Shown here: positions 57,561-64,000 of the stretch, piece after piece
How the letters are laid out: every line of letters begins with the position of its first letter
Numbering within the stretch: the stretch's first letter is position 1
Origin: Macrostomum lignano
Taxonomy: Eukaryota
Length of the DNA: 64,000 nt
Direction: 5' to 3'
NCBI GenBank assembly: GCA_002269645.1
Contig: NIVC01003167.1
Coordinates: forward strand, 1 to 64,000
Made by a program: the position numbers and the translations under genes
Notes under the pieces: generated by a model
What the model was told of the DNA's origin: nothing
Database searches by the model: none
The model's input: the letters and a program-made list of their open reading frames with translations, nothing else

Positions 57561-60500
57561 TCAGATGCTCACATTGGTGCCTCGCCTCTGCTGCGGCTGC
57601 AGCAGCAGCGACCGGCGCTCATGAAGCTCAATTTCGGACGCGCAAGCGACAATTTGACCGGCGCCACACTGCGCCGAGCTCCCTGACGCGGCGGTTGCCG
57701 AGCGCGCGTGGCGCAGCAACTGGCGCTGCTTGCCGGCGCTGAAGGCTTGCGCGCTCATTCGGCGCGAGGTCCGACGCCTGGCGCAGGTCTCAGCCAGTCT
57801 GGCGCGGGTTTTCCGATTCAAACAAAAACAAGCGGATAGCAGGCAGCCGTGCAGATCCACGATCACTTCCGCTACGAATGAGGTCACGGGTTCGCGTCCG
57901 CGGCCGAGAATTTTCGCTATGCAAAAATAGGGCAGCCAGGTGACGCCTAGGATGACTGACACCTGCGGGAGAGGAATTCGACAAATGTTTCGAGAGCTCG
58001 AATAGTCAACATTCGGGGCTACTTGGATAATAAATTTTCAGAATCTTTGAGGATTTCTGAGATCCAGAGTTTCGGCGAGTTGGGATTATTTGGAAGTGAA
58101 AGTGAGAGTGTTCACGTCTGACGATTAAGAAAGTCAGGGGCCGCCTGTGCACCCTGTGTGAGCGTGTGCATGAGTTCGCGCCTGTGTACAGTGTAATGAC
58201 TCAGACTAGCTATTTAGTTTGGCGAGAGAAACGATGCACTTAAATGAGCCGACTGCTCAATTCAATATATTTATAGGCCCGAGAGCATTGCGTAATAAGA
58301 GTATTGCTACGAGTTAGTTCATCGACCAAGCCAAGTACATTATTACCGCGCAGAGCGTACACTACATCTCTCCTCATTTTGGATTAAAAGTTTTACTGCA
58401 AAAGGTTTTTAAAAAATGAAAATTACCACAAATACGAGTAAAATCTTGCAAAGAAGAAACATTAATAGAGAAAATGTTACTGATTGTACATGTAATGCCT
58501 TAGCTGGAGAATGAACAATTTTCTATCCGCAATCTCAAGACGCAAAAGCAAAATCAAACAAGATATTAGCGTCAGTCTGCCAAGCGCGAGTTATAGTTAA
58601 ACCCTATAGTTCACTTTCACCTTGGCCTCTCGGGGGTGTGGTCGCAGCGCAATTGGAGGGGTCGCGGGTTCGCTCCCTGCAGCTTGCAGGATCGGCGGTG
58701 CGGTCTCCCCGACAGGAAAATCGGGCTCTGCATCTGGCGCTACCCGCTTCAGGTCAGTGCAGTGCCGCCTGCAAACTCTGGCGCCCTGCCGAATGGTCAT
58801 CGAGTCGCCCTTGACACTCTCGACCAGCCAGGGTGTCCACTCGAACGGAGTCTCGCCCTTGAGCGGATTTAGTCGGCGCCGGAGCACCGTGTCGCCGACT
58901 TTGAGCCCATGCGGTCTCGCCTGCTGTCGCTTGTCCGTGTAGCGCTTGCCCTTTGCCTTGCTGCTGGCGTCCTGCTGTCGGAGCCTCCTGTCTGCGATGG
59001 CCACCGGTCTCGACGGCCTGATTGACGGGATGGCGTCGTTTGGGACGCGACCCAAGAGCAGCTCGGCTGGTGCCCGGTTGGTGGTTCGCTGCGGCGTGCA
59101 ACGGTAGGCCAGCAGCCACTCGTCAAGGGCCGCCCTCCAGTCGCGCTTCTGGGCTATGGCAGCTCGTACAACCTTATTGATGGAGCGGTTCAGGCGCTCA
59201 GTGATGCCGTTGGCCTGCGGATGCAGCGGTGTGATGAGACGCTGCCGGATTCCGTAGCTGTCCAGAAAGCCTTTGAACTGGGCCGAGGAGAATGGCGGGC
59301 CGTTATCGGTGACCAGTACCTGCGGGATGCCGAATCTGGCGAACGAATTCCTCAGCTTGGGAATCAGCGCTTCGGCCGTTGTGGTCTGGACGATCTCGAC
59401 TTCAGGGAAGCGCGAGTAGTGGTCGACGCAGACGAGCAGCATACTGCCTTGAATGGGGCCTAGCAGGTCTGCCCCTAGTGTTAGCCATGCAGCTTTCGGG
59501 ATCGGCGTCGGCTTCAGCGGCGCGGCGGTCACGTCGGCCGCGTGCGACGTAGCTGCACAGGCTCGGCAGGCACGCACGAAGAGCTCTGCTTCTGTCTGCA
59601 TCCTCGGCCACCAGACTTTGGTGCTCAAACGGTCAACCGTCTTGCGCAGGCACTGATGACCGCGGTGTGCCAGGTCCAAAACCAGGCGCCGAAGCGCCAT
59701 TGGAACTACGATTCTCTGGCCCCGCAGGAGCACGCCGTCTGCTGCCGATAGCTCATTCCGTAGGGCGTGGAGCGATCGCGTCTCCGCCGACTCGAGGCTC
59801 CATCGTCCTGTCTCCAGCGATCGAATAGCGGCTTGAATTGTTGCATCTTGCAGCGAACTCTCTTGCACTGAGGACAGCGACAGCGCGTTCGGTATGGCCG
59901 CCTGGACGATTGCAGCGATGCAGAGGGTGTCGAGCTCTTCGCCGACATTTCTTCCTCGTGTTGGCAGCGGCTGCCGGCTCAGCACGTCCGCTGGGTTTAG
60001 TGGGCCAGGCTGGTATTCGACTGTAAATTTCATGTGCTGAATGCGCAGCGCCATTCTTTCGATCCTCGGGGGAGGCCTTGAGCCACTGCTGAACAATGCG
60101 ATGAGCGGCTTGTGGTCTGTCACCACCGTAAATGTCGGAGCGCCGTGCAGATAGTACTGAAATTTCAAGCAGCCGTATTTGACGGCCAGCGCCTCCTTCT
60201 CAGTCTGGGAGTAGCGCTGCTCAACATCGGACAGCGTCCGGCTGGCGTACGCGACAGGCCGGTTGGTGCCGTCCGCTTGCGTCTGCGTTAGGATCGCGCC
60301 CAGGCCCGCTGGGCCGGCGTCGACGATGAGTTGCGTCGCTAGGCGGTGGTTGAAGAAGGCGAGGGTGCCGCTGGTCGCAATCCGGGTCTTCACGTCGTCA
60401 AAAGCTCGTTTCTCGAGGTCGGTCCATGCCCAGGGCTCGCCTTTCCTAGTCAGATTGCGCAGTGGCCTCGCTACATCCGCCAGCCCGGGGGTGAATGAGG

Positions 60501-63500
60501 CCAGATAGTTGACCAGGCCTAGGAACGAGCGCACCTCTGTGGCGGTCTTTGGCTCGGCAAATGCATGGATGGCTTCCAACTTGGACTGGGTTGGTCTGAC
60601 ACCTTCACTGGACAGCTGCATCCCCATGAACGTGACCTCGGTACGGGCGAGCTTGCATTTTAACGGATTCAGCGTCAGCCCGTGCTGCGCCAGTCGTCGC
60701 AGACATGCCTGCAGGTTGCTGTGGTGCTCCGCCACGCTGTGCCCATACACGATGATGTCGTCGTGAATCCATTTTACTTTCGGGAGTCCAGCTAGCACGG
60801 ATGACATGACCGCCTGGAGAATTTCCTGGGCCGTAGACAGTCCCATACAGAGCCGTGTCAGCCGCCGCAGGCCTCGTGGTGTCGAAAAAGTCAGAAGATG
60901 GCGGCATTCGTCGGCGACTGGGATTTGATAAAATGCCTTCGCGATGTCGAGCTCTGAGAATAGCTGCGCTCCTGCCATGTCTCCCGTCACCTCCTCGAAT
61001 GTCGGGATGGGATGCCGCTCTCTGATGACCGACTTGTTCAGGTCTCTCAAGTCCTGCGTAATCCTGATCTCGCCTGGAGTCTGCTTGGGCACGACGACGA
61101 TGCGGGCTACCCACGGACAGGGGCCTTCCACCGGCTCGATGATGCCTTGGTCCTCGAGGCACTGCAGCTCGGCGTCGACTGCCTGTGCGAGATGTATTGG
61201 CACCCTTGATGGGGGATGACAGATCGGCCTGGCTCCCTCCTCCAGGAAGATGCGGGCGGCATAGTTTTTGAGCCTGCCGATTCCGCTGAAGACTTGTGCG
61301 TTCTCCGTTAGGAGTTCGTGCAGGGCCGGTGCCCCCGGCGCATGTAGGACGTCCTTTGGGATCCCTGTTAGCATGCTGTCTAGCGAGACCTCGGGAGACG
61401 GACGCAGCTGGCATGCCACCTTGTTCTCCGGGCCGACTCGCAGAATCTGAAGTCTTTCAGCGCTTCTCCGGCCAATGATGCAAGCGCCCTCACCGTCGAG
61501 CACCAAGAACGGTAGTGTCTCGTGGATCTCGAACACGCTGACTTGCAGGTCTGCCTTGCCCAGCAATCTCAGCGGCTCTTGGCTTCCGTATGGGTAGACC
61601 TTGTCGCTGGCGGGCTGCAGCGCGGCTTTTTGCGGCATCCTGTCGTAGGCCGCCCTGTCGATGATGTTGCAGGCCGCGCCGCTGTCGATGAGCACCTTTG
61701 TCTTGAGCCCGTTAATTGTCGCAGGCGTCCAAGTAGAGCCGTAGTTCCTCAGGGTGAATAGCTCGTGCTCGATGGGGTCGTCTTGCAGATATTCGACTCG
61801 ACCCGGCGGAGCCTCCTCCTGCGGTTCGTCAACGGTCCTCAGAGGGACTTTAGCTGCTCCTCGACACGCCCGAGCAAAATGACCCATCTTGCCGCAGCGT
61901 CGACACGCCTTGTTACGGGCTGCCTCGCACGTCTGATGCCCTGGTCGCCCGCAGCGATCGCAGTTGATGCCGCTGTCTCTTGCCGCGGCAGCCGGCCTGG
62001 TTGTATGGGATGGTCGGTTACGAGGTGGACGCAGCGCCGCCACATTCGAAGCGGAAGGATGGCCCGTGTCGGCTGCGGCGCCGATCTCCATGGCCTGGGC
62101 CTGCTGCTCCGCTGCCTCCCTCGCTCGGATTCGCTTCAAAACGTCGTCTAAGGAGACATCGTTGAGCTGCAGGAGTTCCCTCCTGATCCTCTCGGACCGG
62201 TAATGAGCCACGATCTTGTCCCTGATGAGCGAGTCTCGGAGTTCGCCGAACGTACATTGGTCCGCAGCCTTGCGTAGCCGATGATACCAGGCCTCAATTG
62301 ACTCTCCTTCCTCCTGCCGGCATATTTCAAACTGGTACCTGAGGAAGACAACGCCGTTCTTTTGGTCGAAGATACCCTGCAACTTTTTGATGAGCTCCTC
62401 CGCGGACTCTCCTTTCTTGACGCCGTTATCGTCCATGAAGTCTTCCAGCTTCTCGCCCGCAGTGTAAACTAATAGCTCCAGCTGCTGTGTCGCATCTGTG
62501 ATGCCAGCTGCGCGTATGTAGCTGCTGAACCTTCGCGTCCAGGTTTTCCATCGCTGAGCTCTTGTCAGAGGATCGCCTTCGAGGTCAAAGGCGTCTGGTG
62601 CCGCGAGTTGCAGGGCCTGTGCCAGATTTGCTGAATCACCGGTCGTTATCAGTGCGCGGGGGGTTGGCCTCACTGAGAGTTTGCTTGCGACGCCATGTAA
62701 TGACTCAGACTAGCTATTTTTTTTGGCGAGAGAAACGATGCACTTAAATGAGCCGACTGCTCAATTCAATATATTTATAGGCCCGAGAGCATTGCGTAAT
62801 AAGAGTATTGCTACGAGTTAGTTCATCGCCAAAGCCAAGTACATTATTACCGCGCAGAGCGTACACTACATACAGTACTTGAGTGCTTGTCTGTGCTCAG
62901 CGGCTTGGGCAGAACTGCCTCACCTTAAGCGTGACAATGGCCAGCCTCGACTGGCTCGCCGCCGCCCGCCTCCCGATGGATCTGGCGGCCTGGCGACTCC
63001 TCAGCAGCAGCATGGCGCACAGGGCCCCCAGCACGGCCAGGTTGATGAGCAGACTCAGGCCCAGGGGCACCACCGACAGCCCGACCATCAGCCACTGCTT
63101 GGCGGACGCGGCGTCGCATCGTCGATTGTTCAACAGTCCGAAACGAAAGTGCAGCGCGGCCAGGGCGGCCGTCAGCAGTGCGGGCATCAGCCAGACGAAG
63201 GCGGACAGCCTGGCGTAGCCCCAGCGAGTCTCCCTGCTGGGCCGCACCGTCCGGGAGCCGATGGAGATCAGCAAGTCAATGCCAAACACGGCCGCCCAGG
63301 CGAAGGTGCCAGTCAGGGCTAGGAAGCTGGCTAGAAGGGAGGTCAGGCACACGGGCTGGGGGAGGGCCACTGACCTGCCAGCCAGGTGCAGCAGCTCCAC
63401 AACCAGCAGGCAGGAAGCGTGCCAGCACAGGATGAAGCCAGCTCGGTTGCGCAGCTGAGCAACGCTGCGGTAGACGGTCAGAAAGGCGACGAGGCTGACC

Positions 63501-63619
63501 AAGGAGCAGGCCAAAACCAGGTACAGGATGGCGCTCTGGACTGGTCGGTGCAGGTAGCTGCGGCCGCTCCCGTTCACCTGCGAGATGGGCGGCAGTGTCT
63601 GGGGATTGAGGAGCGTCAT
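57561..63619 (-). CDS. Class B-like 7TM GPCR (Methuselah-like / secretin-adhesion type); the 5' end may extend beyond the window
   Basis: Exon 62924-63619 encodes TM1-5 (QLRNRAGFILCWH, VCL...TFAWAAVFG, VWLMPAL, ECL2 Cys). It splices in phase 0 (K|V) to exon 57561-57962, encoding TM6-7 (ILGVTW, DLHGCLLSACFCLNRK). The intron contains LTR element 2. Confidence 0.85.
58095..58191 (+). mobile_element. Diverged SINE B relative interrupted by LTR element 2; it continues at 62871-~62920
   Basis: GTGAGAGTGTTCACGTCTGACGATTAAGAAAGTCAGGGGCCGCCTGTGCACCCTGTGTGAG aligns with SINE B GTGAAGTGTACATGCCTAACGATAAAATAAAGTTAGGGCCGCTGTACACTCCTGTGTGAG. The right flank GCTTGTCTGTGCTCAG...GGGCAG continues the alignment. 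Confidence 0.7.
58192..62870 (-). mobile_element. Full-length Ty3/Gypsy LTR retrotransposon (Mag-like), element 2, in the GPCR intron
   Basis: LTRs 58192-58366 and 62696-62870 (175 bp, 4 mismatches); TSD TACAG (58187-58191 / 62871-62875); PBS TGGCGTCGCAAGC abutting the 5' LTR on minus; PPT GAGGAGAGA next to the 3' LTR. Confidence 0.98.
58597..62673 (-). CDS. gag-pol: Gag-Pol polyprotein, ~1358 aa; the start codon is unresolved
   Basis: Uninterrupted ORF with IDSGAA protease, WIHDDI RT, DAGPAGLG RNase H and HRGH...CRAC/DDE integrase. No in-frame ATG precedes the conserved gag N-terminus. Confidence 0.93.
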   Translation of the reverse strand: MRPTPRALITTGDSANLAQALQLAAPDAFDLEGDPLTRAQRWKTWTRRFSSYIRAAGITDATQQLELLVYTAGEKLEDFMDDNGVKKGESAEELIKKLQGIFDQKNGVVFLRYQFEICRQEEGESIEAWYHRLRKAADQCTFGELRDSLIRDKIVAHYRSERIRRELLQLNDVSLDDVLKRIRAREAAEQQAQAMEIGAAADTGHPSASNVAALRPPRNRPSHTTRPAAAARDSGINCDRCGRPGHQTCEAARNKACRRCGKMGHFARACRGAAKVPLRTVDEPQEEAPPGRVEYLQDDPIEHELFTLRNYGSTWTPATINGLKTKVLIDSGAACNIIDRAAYDRMPQKAALQPASDKVYPYGSQEPLRLLGKADLQVSVFEIHETLPFLVLDGEGACIIGRRSAERLQILRVGPENKVACQLRPSPEVSLDSMLTGIPKDVLHAPGAPALHELLTENAQVFSGIGRLKNYAARIFLEEGARPICHPPSRVPIHLAQAVDAELQCLEDQGIIEPVEGPCPWVARIVVVPKQTPGEIRITQDLRDLNKSVIRERHPIPTFEEVTGDMAGAQLFSELDIAKAFYQIPVADECRHLLTFSTPRGLRRLTRLCMGLSTAQEILQAVMSSVLAGLPKVKWIHDDIIVYGHSVAEHHSNLQACLRRLAQHGLTLNPLKCKLARTEVTFMGMQLSSEGVRPTQSKLEAIHAFAEPKTATEVRSFLGLVNYLASFTPGLADVARPLRNLTRKGEPWAWTDLEKRAFDDVKTRIATSGTLAFFNHRLATQLIVDAGPAGLGAILTQTQADGTNRPVAYASRTLSDVEQRYSQTEKEALAVKYGCLKFQYYLHGAPTFTVVTDHKPLIALFSSGSRPPPRIERMALRIQHMKFTVEYQPGPLNPADVLSRQPLPTRGRNVGEELDTLCIAAIVQAAIPNALSLSSVQESSLQDATIQAAIRSLETGRWSLESAETRSLHALRNELSAADGVLLRGQRIVVPMALRRLVLDLAHRGHQCLRKTVDRLSTKVWWPRMQTEAELFVRACRACAATSHAADVTAAPLKPTPIPKAAWLTLGADLLGPIQGSMLLVCVDHYSRFPEVEIVQTTTAEALIPKLRNSFARFGIPQVLVTDNGPPFSSAQFKGFLDSYGIRQRLITPLHPQANGITERLNRSINKVVRAAIAQKRDWRAALDEWLLAYRCTPQRTTNRAPAELLLGRVPNDAIPSIRPSRPVAIADRRLRQQDASSKAKGKRYTDKRQQARPHGLKVGDTVLRRRLNPLKGETPFEWTPWLVESVKGDSMTIRQGARVCRRHCTDLKRVAPDAEPDFPVGETAPPILQAAGSEPATPPIALRPHPREAKVKVNYRV

Positions 63620-63629
63620 TTTGAAGTCT

Positions 63630-64000
63630 GTGGTGTCTTGTGAGTTTCTTGTGGTGCCTGGGGTGTCTTTTGAGAGCTTTGGCTTTTGTGGAATGTATAA
63701 AGGTGGTTATTGGTGTCTGGGGTGTCTTTTGAGAGCTTTGGCTTTTGTGGAATGTATAAAGGTGGTTATTGGTGTCTGGGGTGTCTTTTGTGGAATCTAA
63801 GGTGTCTTTTGTGAAATCTAAGGTGTCTTTTGTGGAACCTAAGGTGTCTTTTGTGGAACCTAAGGTGTCTTTTGTGGAACCTAAGGTGTCTTTTGTGAAA
63901 TCTAAGGTGTCTTTTGTGAAATCTAAGGTGTCTTTTGTGGAATCTAAGGTGTCTTTTGTGAAATCTAAGGTGTCTTTTGTGGAACCTAAGGTGTCTTTTG
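63630..64000. repeat. 21-bp tandem repeat running off the window end
   Basis: AAGGTGTCTTTTGTGGAACCT. Confidence 0.95.

Overview
Eukaryotic (animal) genomic DNA, not prokaryotic. GC-rich exons, introns packed with private minisatellites and a two-domain signal-peptide-less CAP protein are consistent with a free-living flatworm such as Macrostomum (inference only). Six spliced host genes could be reconstructed by hand with phase-consistent splice sites: a MATE/SLC47 transporter (-, 7549-19680, 13 coding exons), SECIS-binding protein 2 (-, 22471-30419), a canonical phospholipid scramblase (+, 30821-42464), a double-domain CAP/GAPR-1-like protein (-, 43496-51652), a strongly diverged second scramblase-fold gene (+, 52879-55195) and a Methuselah/secretin-like GPCR (-, 57561-63619). 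Mobile DNA comprises two young, full-length Ty3/Gypsy (Mag-like) LTR retrotransposons with 5-bp TSDs, two truncated RTE-like LINE insertions (one 5'-inverted), two tRNA-derived SINE families, a foldback-like element and a MITE. The most notable observations are: (1) a ~2.9 kb near-CpG-free tract confined to the 5' part of SBP2; (2) both LTR elements replace the RT YxDD motif with xHDD; (3) a multi-hairpin SINE with a compensatory base change, whose inter-hairpin linker was disrupted independently in three copies; (4) a twin-priming-type inversion in an RTE-like element; (5) His-to-Asn replacement of both conserved histidines in both CAP domains. All counts and alignments were done by eye.
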